A stretch of DNA of 64,000 nucleotides from the human T2T-CHM13v2.0 reference genome, Homo sapiens. Shown here piece by piece: positions 1 through 28,076 of this stretch. The notes beneath the pieces were generated by a model. It saw only the letters and a program-made list of their open reading frames with translations, was not told the origin of the DNA and searched no databases. Numbering within the stretch: the first letter of the stretch is position 1; each line of letters starts with the position of its first letter. The stretch is from NCBI RefSeq assembly GCF_009914755.1, contig NC_060930.1. One strand, written 5' to 3'. The position numbers and the translations under genes are program-made.

Positions 1-51
1 GTCACGGCAAGGTTGGCCAAGGTGTGGAAGGCTTAAAAAGGCCACCTGGGT

Positions 52-2343
<2,292 letters not shown>

Positions 2344-2846
2344 GGCTTGGCATATACGGGGAGAGCTTCTGAGTCAGCTTCTTTATCTGCAGCATGAGAG
2401 CAATAACACTGTCCCCTCTTGGGCTTGTTCATAGGGGTGGGAGGAGGAGTCTTTAGAAGGTCTAGGTTCAGCAGTGAGCAGTCCCACCAAACCTGCCAGT
2501 TTCATCTCATCAGCCTGGCAGCTTTTGACGCTGAGCTCCCTGAGGCAGGGGCAGGGCCTCATCCTCTGTCCAGCTCAGCACTCTGTACTGTTGATACTCA
2601 GCCTCCACTCCGTCATCTAATAACCACACCTCACACCTGTCCCCCAGGAACAGAAGCAGCCAAATAACAGGCTCCCCTCAAAACAGACAAAAGTCCAATC
2701 CTATCATTACATTTCTGCTCAGCGATTACTCAGTAACCTCCTGAGAGCCAACTTTCCTGGGCAGTTCTGGAATGCAGGGTGGGATTGGGGGCCCACAGCT
2801 GCAGTCTCCCCAGAGACCCAATCAGGTCTTTGTCAAGTCTGTTGTC

Positions 2847-6175
<3,329 letters not shown>

Positions 6176-6389
6176 ATATGGAGGTCAGCTTGCCCGAGAA
6201 GCAGCTTGTCTCCCTCTCTCTCTGGTACCTGGAGGGACCAGCAGCTACACCTGTCATTGTGTCATTGGCTGGGCTTCTCCTCTGCGTCAGTCACAGAGCC
6301 CACTACAGCCATATGAGCCCTGTGAGGGAGAGGCCCATATGTTCATTTTATGGATGGAGAAAAGAAGACTTCAAATGATGCTTACTCAG

Positions 6390-6950
6390 ACTCCATGACC
6401 AATCAATTCCGCTCTTAGGAATGTGCCCCAAAGAATCTTTCACCCAGGTCTGGAAAGGGACATGCATGTGACGTCATTGAAGTGTTGTTTGGGGATGGGG
6501 AGCCGGAGGCAGTTGGGGATCCACATCCAGGGGAGTAGAGAGGTAAAATGGGGTGGGTGCACTCCGAGGAGGACGACGCAGCAGCTGGAAGCGAGGAAGC
6601 AGATGCTTATGTGGCAACACAGAGGGTCTCATCAACAGCAGGGAGTCCCACAAGTAAATAACAGAATGAGACCCAAAACACACAATACCACTTATGCAAA
6701 TGAAAACCACCTGCATAAAAACAACAATATATATTTTGCAATAACACATATGAACAAGTAGATACTCATTAAGCAGATTCAGATGGTTGCCTTTGGCTGG
6801 GGTGGGTGGGAAGTGTGGTCGGAAAATGGAGATAAGGAGAAAAATTAACACAAGAAGAGAGGAGGAACAGTGATGATAATGCATCGCTAAGCAAGGAATG
6901 TGAATAACTCAGCCCTGTGTACTTGAGGTCCAACAAAGGAAAAACAAGTA
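6390..6950 (+). mobile_element. Old L1 (L1M-type) 3' fragment
   Basis: Degenerate L1 3'UTR-like motifs (caattccgctcttaggaatgtgccccaaagaa ... atggttgcctttggctgggg). Confidence 0.5.
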
Positions 6951-8809
6951 AAGATCAGAGAGGTTAAGTAATTTGTCCAAATTACACAGCAGGTAAGAAG
7001 GGGTGAAGAGAATGTCCAGATAACCAGGCCTACTTAGGGCAAGGCAATAGCAGGACACTTAAAAACCATTAACCTGCACCTTAAGAGCAGAGAAGGCAGG
7101 AAAGGAGGCTGTGTGTGTGCAAGGTGTGGGGGTGGTTAGAGGATCCTTCTGTGCTCCAAGTCAGCCCTGAGTCTCCATGTCTCTTCTCTTTCTTCCCAAA
7201 CACCCACTGAGCACTGTGGGGTATTGACCGCAGCCCTTACCTTCCAGGGACTTTGATGATGCATAAAATGAGGTCATCCCTGGAGTTGGCAGGTAAGTCA
7301 GAGAAGGAGGTGCTCCAGGAGGCAGGATTAAATCAGGAGTTATCAGGGTTTAGAAATTATAACATAAATCACAGCATCTACCACGTAGTAGGCACTGCTC
7401 TAAGCTCACAAAGTCCCCATAAGCCTTCAAGATAAATTCTATTATCATCCTCATTTTGCAGATTAGGAATTGAGGCACAGAGAGGTTAGGTAATTTGTGC
7501 AAGTCACACAGCTGAGAAATGGCAGAGCTGGGATTTGAAACCCAGGCAGAGTGGGTCTGGATGTCATGATCTTAACCATTATGAAATTTACCAATGAAAT
7601 AAGGCAGATATGGCTCATCTGGCCAGGACTTCCTAAAGGCGATCTCCCCAGCCACTGCCTCCTCTTGAGCTCCCCACAGTGAGGCTGACATGGCCTGGGC
7701 TGGGTACACTGCTGGCAGGGGCCTACCACCAGATGTCAATGCCTCCTGCCCCACACAAGTTCTCCCCACCTTGGACATCAAGTATCCAAGGTGGAGGGAC
7801 ACAATGTCCTCATGATACACATAAGACACTGAGCCTGGAGAGGGGACAGGACTTGTCTCAGGTCACCCAGTTCTCCTGGTTATCAGCCCAGCACCTCACC
7901 CCACTTTGGCTGAGACAAAGTACAATGTGTGCTAAGCCGTGGCTCCCCCAAACCCACACCCAGACACCTGGGCTCCCTCCTGATAGCTCCTTCAGGCCAT
8001 TTTCCCCCAGATGCAGAGATGCTGGGCACTCTGTCCAGAATGCCATGTCCCCAGCCTCCCTTCCAAACAAGACTCCACCCTCCCCAGAGCGCTTGGAGAT
8101 TGCCGGTCAGAGGCTGTGGCAGGGGAAGCCCAGTTAATGCTCCGCTGCTCCTTCTCTTTCTCTCCTGGTGCCTCCCAGCCTCCTTAGAAATTAGGGGTCA
8201 TTACCATCAGGGTGTGAGATCTAGGGACAGCACACAAGTCATCAACACCCCAATTTCCAGTCTGCCTTCGGCCCCAAAGTGCATCTTGTCAGCGTTGACT
8301 CAGGGCCAGGAAGAAAACAAATAATTCCGGGCCCAGCCCAAGCTGGTGTGGCAGGAAGGCACCCAATAGCTCTATCTACCTCCCGCTGGAACTCTCTCCT
8401 TCCCCTCAACCAAGGGAGAAGCCCATGTCATTCCTACATGTGGGATTTCTGACATTACTCCTGGAAGCTGCCTACCAAGTGTGGTATTGGGGAGACAGGA
8501 CCCTAGGGAGGTAGGGGAGCTGATTTTTGAAGATGGGGACAGGACAGCCCATTCAACCACCCACCCATCAATCCAATTACCCACCCACACATAGTCATAG
8601 CTGATGTTTACTCAATGCTTACTCTGTACCAGGCACTGTCCTAAGTGCTTTGCCCAACTCTATTAGGTAGGGACTTTACCCATTTTACAGATGAGAAAAC
8701 AGAAGCATAGAGATGTCAATTAATTTTCCCAAAGTTACACACTAGTAAAGTAGTACAGCCAGAATTCAAGCTCAGGCATTCTAACTCCCAGACCTGCAAT
8801 CCTCTATAC

Positions 8810-9300
8810 CACAGCCATCACCATCTGTCCATTTACTGACCATCCATCCATCCACTCACACATGGTCACTCCTATTCAGCCATCTGTCTATCCACCTGTT
8901 CATCCATCCCTTTATCTCCCAACCCTCTGTTCAAAGCAATCCATGAGAAGGAATGGCATATGTAGAGGCTCAGAGGGGAGAGAGTGGGGCATGTCTAAGA
9001 AACTAGCTACTCCATAGAGAGCAAGGGAAAGATAGCAAGAGATGAGGCTAAGGAGGAGCAGGGCTCAAATCACAAGGGTTGGCCCATCCACCATCTATCT
9101 GCCAACCCAGTCCATCCACCTGTCCATCCACCCTCCCACTCATGTCCACCCATCCATTCATCCACTCATCTCTGTAATTTGGAAGGCAGATAGATGATAG
9201 ATAGATGATAAATAGATGATTGACAGGTGGTAGATGATAGATGATAGATAGATAGATAAATAGATAGATAAATAAATAGATAGATTAGATAGATAGATAG
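8810..9300. repeat. Degenerate (TCCA)n-rich tracts followed by a compound (GATA)n STR at 9188-9300
   Basis: Direct inspection: catccatccatcc... and gatagatagata... Confidence 0.9.
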
Positions 9301-9757
9301 AATGAAGAGTTGCCAAGGTACATTTCCTTCCTGACAGTGATATTGGGACATGGGGGGATATTAGGACTTCTGGAGGCACCTTGATAATTAGGATGATCTC
9401 TCTCCATTCACCTCCTGCCCACAGTTTTAGGGTTCTATGGGTTTGTGGGAAGAGGGAATAGCATAGTGGGCCAGTGTCAAGGTTAAAAGACCCTTCCAGG
9501 TCCTGAAACGTCAGTCCCCAGCCCTGGCCTCATGTCTCCTTGGGAAGACAGAAGGAATTGTGTTGTAAAGAGGTGTCACAATGCCCCCTGCCCCATACAA
9601 GTTCTCCCCACCTTGGCACTCTCAGTATCCTGCCAAGAGTCCTCCCTGACCACCAGAAGTTCCACCTCACCATCAAGAAAGGCCCTGGTCCAGGATGTGC
9701 AAGGTGTGATGAAATCACAGGGCTGGGGAAGGTCAGCTCGGGGTCACAAGAAGCCTG

Positions 9758-9811
9758 ATGGGCAGGAAAGAGCATGAAAGCCCCAGCCAGCCTCACCTGT
9801 GCGGCTGGGAG
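9758..9811 (+). CDS. CIMIP3: GUCA1A-neighbour protein / ciliary microtubule inner protein 3, coding exon 1 (MGRKEHESPSQPHLCGWE)
   Basis: ATG at 9758 and 18 codons ending at a strong phase-0 donor GAG|GTAGGT (GT at 9812); joins in frame to the acceptor at 17118. Gene name is from recall of the locus (GUCA1ANB/CIMIP3). Confidence 0.75.
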
Positions 9812-10019
9812 GTAGGTCCTCTTACAAAAGGCTTAGTTGGGTGCTGGTGCTGGTGCTGCTGCCTGCCTTGTACTCCCCAGCTGTCGGACCTCTGCGATCT
9901 CTCTGGGGAGATGGAGAGAGGGAACAGGACACCCTCCATCTTGCTTCCTCTGCCCCTTCACTGCTGTAAAGTGTGTCCTGGACTGTTTGGTTCGTGTTAC
10001 ACCATCTCCAAGGCAAACT

Positions 10020-11928
<1,909 letters not shown>

Positions 11929-12104
11929 TAGATTCCTTCTTTTGGCTTTAGCTTAGAACCCAAATGAAAATAGGATCATGGGATTCCCAAGGGAGGGGAG
12001 GGGCTGGTGAGAATCTCTACTTGTCCTGTAACTTCATCACTCCCTGTAGAATGGAAATGAGGGAAGCAGTAGGGGAGATGGGGCTTCTTCCTCAACCCTC
12101 TAAA

Positions 12105-12318
12105 CCAGGGTTTCTCAACCTTGGCGCTTTTGACATTGGACGCTGATGATTCTTTGTTGCGGGGGCTGTCCATTGTAGGATACATAGCAGCATCCCTGTC
12201 TCCTACCCGCTGGAAGGCAGTAGCACCCACCCCACACTGTGTGACAACCCAAAATGTCTCCAAACATGCATGCCAAATGTCCTCTGGAGGAAGAATCACC
12301 CCTGGCTGAGAACAATGA
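12105..12318 (-). mobile_element. MER20 (hAT-Charlie MITE)
   Basis: Termini cagggtttctcaac / gctgagaacaatg; internal gtgacaacccaaaatgtctcca; flanks ctctaaac / atctaaag resemble a hAT 8-bp TSD. Confidence 0.8.
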
Positions 12319-13344
12319 TCTAAAGTCACATACACAGTGTGCGCACACCCAGCACACTTGACGAGGAGCATGTGAGCAAAGAATAGCCAGTTAAAAGAAA
12401 CCAGATGTTAACCTGGAAAGTATGCAGTCAGGCCCCACCCTCAGCCAGAGCTGGCTCTGCTAGGCCCTGGGGGAGGTAATGGGGTGTCCTCAGCCCTCTG
12501 AGGTTAGTCACTTGGAGGCTGGCTTGGCCCCTAGAAAGGGCAGGGGAGGGCTAGTGCTGCCTGACTCCCTCTTCCTCCTCTTCCACCTCTTCCCCTGGAC
12601 TGTCTGTGTCCCAGTTTTTGTGAGGGCTTCATCCCTGGATGTTCCGGGGACCCTGGCTGTCCCCTACCCCTGCTGCCCCCAGAGTCCTGTATGTTGCAGC
12701 AGCAGCATTCTAAACACAGCCGAGGTGTGGACCCAGGGCAGGTGGGCCCAAGCCAGGGCCTGGGCTAGGGCAGAAAGGGAGGAGAGAGTTTGAATCCTGG
12801 TTCCCACACTAACCAGTTGTGGGACTTCTGCAAGTTACTTACATGCTATTCTACAAACTGTGAACTCAGAAAAATGCTTCGATGCCTCCGAGCCTCAGTT
12901 TCCTTATCTGAAAAATGGAGGCAACGTCTCAAATGGCTCTTAGGAGCTTTTGCAGAGCTGAGTGGCTAATGCCTGACATTTGGCAGATCCTCAATCCTGT
13001 GAGTAAAGAGTGCCACCCTTCCATCTGTGGGCTGCTCTCTTCAGTTCCCCAGCCATTCTAAAAGCACCTGCCTCTGTCACCCCTGGCCCCAACCCCATGA
13101 GCCCAAGATGGCCAAGAGGCTGATGCAGCCTTGGGGCTGAAGGGTTAGTGGGGAGCAGGGATGGGGGGTGGGGTATCTGCAGCTCCCTCATCTTCATGGC
13201 CCTTCTGTGGCGTCAGGAGGACAAAACCCACATGCTTAGACACATCCTTAACACAAAGAAACCTAAGCCGCTTCTTGCAGCCCAGGAAAGGACGCATTCT
13301 CCAGGCCAGGATGTCAGCCTCTACCAAGGATAAAGAGATCGCCA

Positions 13345-13548
13345 TGGGTCCTATAGCACTGATTGTCACTGCCCTCAGGGGACATTGGGCGATGACTGGA
13401 GACATTTTTGTTGTCACGACTGGGAGAAGGTGCTACTGGCATCTGGTGGGTAGAAGCCACCACTGTAATTCTGCAAGACACAAGACAACCCCTCTAACAA
13501 AGATTGTCCAGCCCAAAGAGGCAGAGGTACCAAGGCTGAGCCACTGTA
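13345..13548 (+). mobile_element. MER20
   Basis: caggggacattgggcgatgactggagacatttttgttgtcacgactggg...tgctactggcatctggtgggtaga. Confidence 0.75.
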
Positions 13549-14195
13549 CTCCACAGGGACCCTCTTGTGCTCAGTCGTGGTGTCTTTGTCACCTTCACAC
13601 CAAGAGCCTGGCATCCAAGAGGTGCCCAGGAATGGTTGTGAATGAACGAATGAAGCAACTCATGTCCTATCCTCAGCTCTGCTAAGAGATGGTGATTCAT
13701 GGTGTAGACCTCACACTTCCCAGTGTGTTGTTCTGTCCATGCAGGGTCCAAGAACCCAGAGCCCAAATCCAGCAGTCAAAATCCCACAGTGTTCTTGCCA
13801 GACTGGGAAATCTGGCTGCCCCGCCCTCCAGTGAGCCGGAAGCTGTGCAGGGCAGCCTTGGCTAATCACCTGCCACCCAGCACACCTGGCAGGAGCTCAG
13901 TGGGTTGATGAAATGAGGACAGAAAGAAATAGAAGATGCACAGGCCCCTGGCAGGCCCTGCTCACATACCACAGTGGGCACAAGACACGTCATGGAGCAC
14001 AGGGTGTGGAAAGACCTGGGTTCAAATCCCAGCCTTGCTCCTCACCAGTCATGTGACCCTGGACAGGGGACTGACCTCTTCAGTTTTTGTCAATTACAAG
14101 TGGGGCTAATAATAGTAACACCTTCCTCAAAGGGTTAATGTGAGGATTAGAAGAGGTAATCCACTGACAGGGTTTGGTGCGGTGCTACAGACTGA

Positions 14196-17448
<3,253 letters not shown>

Positions 17449-17859
17449 GCCTGAGCCAAACGGAAGCCCCCGACCCTTCACCCTCACCCCTGTGACCTCA
17501 GGTCCCCAAGGGGAAGGGCTGCTCACTGCAGGAGGAGTGACCTATATTCGGGCTAAGACAGCTGTGCCATGCCCACCTATTGACAATGATAAAGGGAGGT
17601 CTCTCTTCTCAGCAGCAGTTAAAGTTTGTCCTTCCTTTCCCTGGCATCTGAATGGGTGGCTGTGGGTAGGTAAACAGGCCATGGGGATGTTATACAGTAA
17701 GGTTATGTCCAGAGGTTTCTGAAGACTTGGAAGGACTTGATTCTCAGTTCCCTAACCCCAAAAGTAACCTCAACCCTTCTCCAGAGCTGAGTCCCAAGCA
17801 AAGCCCATCCTAGCTCCAGCCTCCCGATGGTCCAGGCTCGGACCCCTCCAAGGAAGAGA

Positions 17860-18147
<288 letters not shown>

Positions 18148-18500
18148 TTAAAAAAAGGAAGAGATCCATCAACTGGCCATGACTCCTGCTCTCTTACAAG
18201 GTCATCTTACCCTGGTTGGAGCAGCTGCTGCAGAATGAGGAAGAATGCAGGGAATGAACACAGACTCTAGGTCCCCTCCCAGACCCAGTTTTACATAAAG
18301 CTGCTGCTTCTGACTTGTAGTTTGTTGGTGGGGGAAGGATTTCCCATCCTTGCCGTCTCCTCTGGTCTAGAAGAGCTGGCTCTGAGGCTAGTTGAGCTCA
18401 TGGGTCATGGGGCATGGAAGAGGGGGATGGAGGCAGAGGGCACTGGATTCACAGCAGGGGCCTGAGTGAGTTCCCAGTCACTGCCATTCAGAGGGAACCC

Positions 18501-19031
18501 CAGTGGTGTGCTGGAGCCAGCTTGTACTGACTTGTAAGAGCTGGTTGTGCCCATGTCTTCCCTACTCCACAATCAGTGATTTCTTTTTTTTTTTTTTTTG
18601 AGACGGAGTCTCGCTCTGTCGCCCGGGCTGGAGTGCAGTGGCGTGATCTCAGCTCAGTGCAAGCTCCGCTTCCCGGGTTCACGCCATTCTCCTGCCTCAG
18701 CCTCCTGAGTAGCTGGGACTACAGGTGCCCGCCACCACACCCGGCTATTTTTTTTTTTTTTTTTTGTATATTTAGTAGAGATGGGGTTTCACCATGTTAG
18801 CCAGGATGGTCTTGATCTCCTGACCTTGTGATCTGCCCACCTCGGCCTCCCAAAGTGCTGGGATTACAGGTGTGAGCCACCGCACCCGGCCCACAATCAG
18901 TGACTTCCTGTTGGCAGTTTGGAATCAGCTGTGGTGGGAGCATTTACACCACAGAAGTGAGCAAATGCCTACAAATTGGAGTTTCTTTTTTCCAGAGAGC
19001 TCATCATTAAACATTTACCAGCACACCACAG
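18501..19031. mobile_element. hAT-Tip100-like MITE (ORSL-like, family tentative) with a nested antisense AluY at about 18580-18891
   Basis: Terminal inverted repeats CAGTGGTGTGCTGG (18501) / CCAGCACACCACAG (19018-19031); Alu TSD ccacaatcagtga. Confidence 0.7.
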
Positions 19032-19891
19032 GGTGAATTCAGCTGGTTTCATTCCTAGGAGTCTCGTCCCTCTGTAGGTATGGTGGTGTATTCTGTGGGG
19101 CATAATTCCTGTGCAGGAGAGGTTGGGGTTGGTGTGGGAAGGAGAGACAGGTGTCCAGAGACCCCGACAAGCAGCCCACAACAAGGCCAGGCTGTCCTGT
19201 GGGCCTTTCTTTGAGAAGATGGTAAGCAGTGTGGAGGGAAGTGGAGACCCCTCGAGGCGACCCTAACAGCATAGAATCCGCGTTTTCCTCTTGGCTTGCT
19301 GTAGGCTCTCTTTTGAGTTAGAGGTTTTCCTCAAATGCCTGATGAGCCTTGGCTGGCCTCAGACCATCTGGCATCTGTACCAGGTCTCTCCTTCTGCTTG
19401 GTCATCAGTGTTCAAGGAGCCAGCCACGGGAATGAGCTGGGGTGGGGGAAGGCGCATGGTGGTTTTCTCACTGTCCATATGTAGACTTTCTTTTAACGCT
19501 CCATTTATAGAATGGCACATGTCTCTTCCTGAGGCTGTGCCTAGAGACTAGCGGCTCTCTGGCCCAAATCTCCAGAAGAACCTTCAATCAGGGTCAGGAG
19601 GGGACTGATGCCGGGAGATGCCTGTTCTGCTGCCTTGCGGAGGGCATCGGAGAAGCTAAGTGTTCCTTATGCAAACTTTGGCCAGCCCTATTTTCTGCTC
19701 CACCTGTGCTGCATCCCAGCCTTCAGGGGCACCTGGTATCTCTGCCTCCCTATTCCTGCAGCAGGAATAGGTTTGTCCCGAGCTCCGCAGGCTCCTCCTC
19801 TTTGAAAGCATTTAGGTTTCGACTTTCTCCACTCTCATAAGAAAGACAGTTACCACTTGTCCATCTGTCTTGTTTTCCAAAATTTTATTAG

Positions 19892-22641
<2,750 letters not shown>

Positions 22642-23319
22642 TAATCATATGTGCATGCATGCATGCACTCAATATTTTACTGGGCTCAAGCCCGTCAGTC
22701 AAATATTACTCTCAAAACGGTAATTTAGGAGAGTTGATGTGGGGACTATTAACAGAGAGCTGGGCATAGTTAAGGGAATGGTGATGTACCCAGACAGTAG
22801 CGAGAGGGAAGCCCTTATCATGCCTGGCGGGGCAAAGGGAGGGAGCCATGATTACAGGAGCCCAGAGAGCTATGGCAGGAGCGGTGATTGAAGGTGGAAG
22901 GAAATAACCGCTGCCCCAACCCTGAGCTGGCAGGGAGGAGTGAGGACAACAAATGTCCCAGCTCTTCTCCCTCTCCACCCTCCAGTCTTCCTCCAGCTTC
23001 TCAGCAGATGAACCCAGCCTGAAACAAGAGGGCAGCAGAGTCTGGGTGATGCAGTCTGTAGGGTCAGTCTTTGGGGCTCAGAGCTGGAGGAGAAAGGGGG
23101 AGAATGAGTCGGGGCTGGGCAAACAGAACAACTAGCGCACGACAATGTGGAATGTGTGGTGCCAGGAGCTGGGGGCAGGCGAGACACAAATAACAGAATG
23201 GTCTCCACCCTCTGTGAGCTTGCTGGGTTCCTTAGAGCAGGCTGGCAAGAAGAGTTGCCTATATAATACTTCTGGAAAGAAATGAATGCTATGTCCGTGT
23301 TATTGTAGAAGAGTGAATG

Positions 23320-24232
<913 letters not shown>

Positions 24233-24239
24233 ACACACA

Positions 24240-24790
24240 CATTAGCCAGAGTTCTTCAGAGAGACAGAGCTAATAGGATTATATATAGAGGTATGAGAGA
24301 AGATTTATTAGGGGGATTGGCTCACATGTTTATGGAGGCTGAGAAGTCCCACAATATGCCATCTGCAAGATGGAGAACCAGGGAAGCCAGTAGCATGGCT
24401 CAGTTCAAGCCCAAAGGGTTCAGAGCCAAGGAAACTGATGGTGTAACTCTGGGTCTGAAGCTGAAGGACTGAGAACGTGAGAGTGGGGAGGGGTTGCTAC
24501 TGGTGCAAGTCCTGGAGTCCAAGGGCAGGAGAAGAAGAGTGTCCCAGCTCCAGGACAGAGAGAGAGAGAGAGAGGGAGAGAATTCACCTTTCCCCTGCCT
24601 TTTTCTTCTGTCCAGGCCTAAGCCAATTGGATGGTGCCCACCCACATAGGCTGAAGGCAGATTCTCCTTACTTAGTCCATGAATTCAAATGCCAGTCTCT
24701 TTGGCAAGCACCCTCACAGAAACACCCAGAAATAAAGCTTTACCAGCTTGTTGGGTAATCCCTTCATCCAGTCCTAAAATTAACTGTCAC
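24240..24790 (-). mobile_element. MLT2B-like (ERVL) LTR
   Basis: gattggctcacatgtttatggaggctgagaagtcccaca...ccctcacagaaacacccagaaata...aaaattaactgtcaca. Confidence 0.8.
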
Positions 24791-25219
24791 AACACATAAG
24801 CAAAATGTCAGTATGCTGTGGGAGGAAGATATTTGAGAGAGATTTGGGAAGGCTTCACAGAGGAGGTGGCATTTGTACTCACACATGAAGAGTGAGAGGG
24901 ATTTAAATAGAAAGGGAAAGATGAGCGGCTGCCTTGTCCCCAACCTCTTCATTTCCCAATCTTGGGCCTGAGAGTCCTCGGCAAGGACACATTTTCCAGC
25001 TGGGCCCCAAGCAAGTTCACAGAAGGAGTCCTTCTCTCCCCGTCCCTTAACTTGTTGTGGAGAAGCTGACTGAAGCAGGGAGAACCCAGCTCCCCACCCC
25101 CATATACCTTCCGTCAATCAATTCATGTGGAGTAGAGGTAAAACAGTCCCAGTTTGTCTCTTTTTCAAAAATAACTATCCTCTTTGATTTTGTGAGCAAC
25201 ATATGTTCATTATGAACAA

Positions 25220-26236
<1,017 letters not shown>

Positions 26237-27419
26237 TAAGTTACTTGCTCAAGGTCACCCAGCCAGTAATGTAAGCAAGAAACAAGCTTGTATTGTTTTC
26301 AGCCACTGAGATTTTAGAGTGGTTTGTTACTGTAGCATAACCTAGCCCATTCTGAAATATGTATGCACATGTATTTGATATATGTTATATGTTGTATAAA
26401 TTGTATATTTATATAAATCTATTTACATGTAATTATATATTATTTATATAAATCATATAAATTGTGTATCAGTGCACAACTTGACCAAGTGTCCAAGGCC
26501 CTGGTGGGGAAAGCAGAAATATGGGCAGTGGTTCCCTCTAGATGAGTTAGGAGACCTGGGTGTGCCCCATATGTAAAGGAGGAAGGCAAACAAGAGAAAA
26601 AGACAGGGCAGGGCAAGCGCTGGCTTTAAGCTTTCCTGGCAGCATCCAGGTTAAGTGCACCTGCACCCAAATGCTGGTTCCATAAATGAGCCAGCTTTTA
26701 AGTGTGTGGCTAGGGAGTACGCATCCCACCAGGCATCAGAGAAAGCTGTTGCTGCATAGACAGGCCCCCAGGCTTGGCCTGGGAGCTTTCCAGGACCAGC
26801 AGGTAGCAGCTCACCCATGCACCTGTGTGCCTGCACTCTCACACTCACACATACCCCAGGGCACCAGGCGCACACTCCATGTCCCCTGCCCTGTGCCCCT
26901 AGTAGGTGATGGTGATGATGTGAGGCTCAGAATTAGATGGAAGGATGAATTCAGGGCTCTCAAGAAGGGAGAGATGCAACCTTCAGGAACATGAGAGTGT
27001 GGCCAGAACAGGATGAGTGTGTACGAGTGTGTGTATGTGTGTGCACGTCTCTGTGTACTGGTGCAGGCTAATGTAGGAGGGGGTTCTCTCTGGCTGTTCA
27101 AGGCTTATCTTGGAAGCCCACAGACTCTGCATCCACCCAGGTGCCCTCAAATGTTAGCACACTCATGGTATGATTGGACCCCCTCAGTTGTGATGGCCAA
27201 GTGCAGTGCACAGCCTGGATAACTGTACACAGCAGCCCTGTCAAGAGCCCACAGTTGGCCATCTCTGGACAAGAAGCCAGCTCTATCTCATATATACCTC
27301 AATTCCATGATTGAAGGCAGAATCCAAAACCACTGTGAATCCACTCAAACCAGGAGAAGAAGGTCACAAAGGTCATAGGATCAGAGCAGCTTCTAGCTGA
27401 CACCCACTCCGTGGTGGTA

Positions 27420-27570
27420 AGAAGGGATTAGAAGATTGCAAACTGGGTTAAAAAATCCTCTCACCTACAGCTCAAGGCTGTAATCCTAAGGACTCTGCTT
27501 CTCTAAGCCTTGTTCTATTTTCAACTCTTTTCTCCAGGGTACAGTCTCCCCTGGGGCTGCAAGGATTTAG
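27420..27570 (+). promoter_or_regulatory. GUCA1A: GUCA1A proximal photoreceptor promoter with CRX/OTX-type sites
   Basis: GGATTA 27425-27430, TAATCC 27481-27486 and CTAAGCC 27503-27509, clustered 310-395 nt upstream of the ATG in unique sequence. Confidence 0.6.
27511..27537 (+). other. Strong 3' splice acceptor 281 nt upstream of the GUCA1A ATG (read-through transcript entry point)
   Basis: tgttctattttcaactcttttctccAG|G, with AG at 27536-27537. Confidence 0.7.
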
Positions 27571-27815
27571 TGGAGACTCTTAACACCAGTTCTCTGGCAT
27601 CTGTGAGTTTGAGTGTGGGCCATCATCTTCTTCCTTCTGCTCTCTCCCTCTCCACATTTCCCGGTACCATCTGATCCATCAGGCCCTTCTTTGCTCAGGC
27701 CTGAAGGACTCAGGCCTGTGAGAGAGGACGGCCCCATTGTCGGCCAAGACACCTTTGGGCGAGGAGCAGCGAACAGGGCCTGTCCATCTCAGACGTCAGC
27801 CCCCTGAAGGCCTGA

Positions 27816-28076
<261 letters not shown>

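Noticed and set aside
6469-6476. Perfect CRE TGACGTCA (also at 33083-33090)
   Set aside because: Isolated 8-mers: one lies in an old L1 remnant, the other is explained by the Ile-Asp-Val codons of GCAP1.
7726-7738. CTCF-like CCACCAGATGTCA (and CAGCAGGGGGCCA near 16918)
   Set aside because: Partial matches that cannot be told from background without a PWM score or ChIP data.
9758-9775. N-myristoylation of CIMIP3 (MGRKEH) by analogy with the GCAPs
   Set aside because: Charged residues at positions 3-5 and no Ser/Thr at position 6 make it a poor N-myristoyltransferase substrate.
13161-13685. 174-aa ORF on +
   Set aside because: Runs through a MER20 element and has no coding features.
26350-26470. 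AT-rich quasi-palindromic tract (also near 47180-47250)
   Set aside because: Low-complexity (TA)-rich sequence with no specific structure supported.
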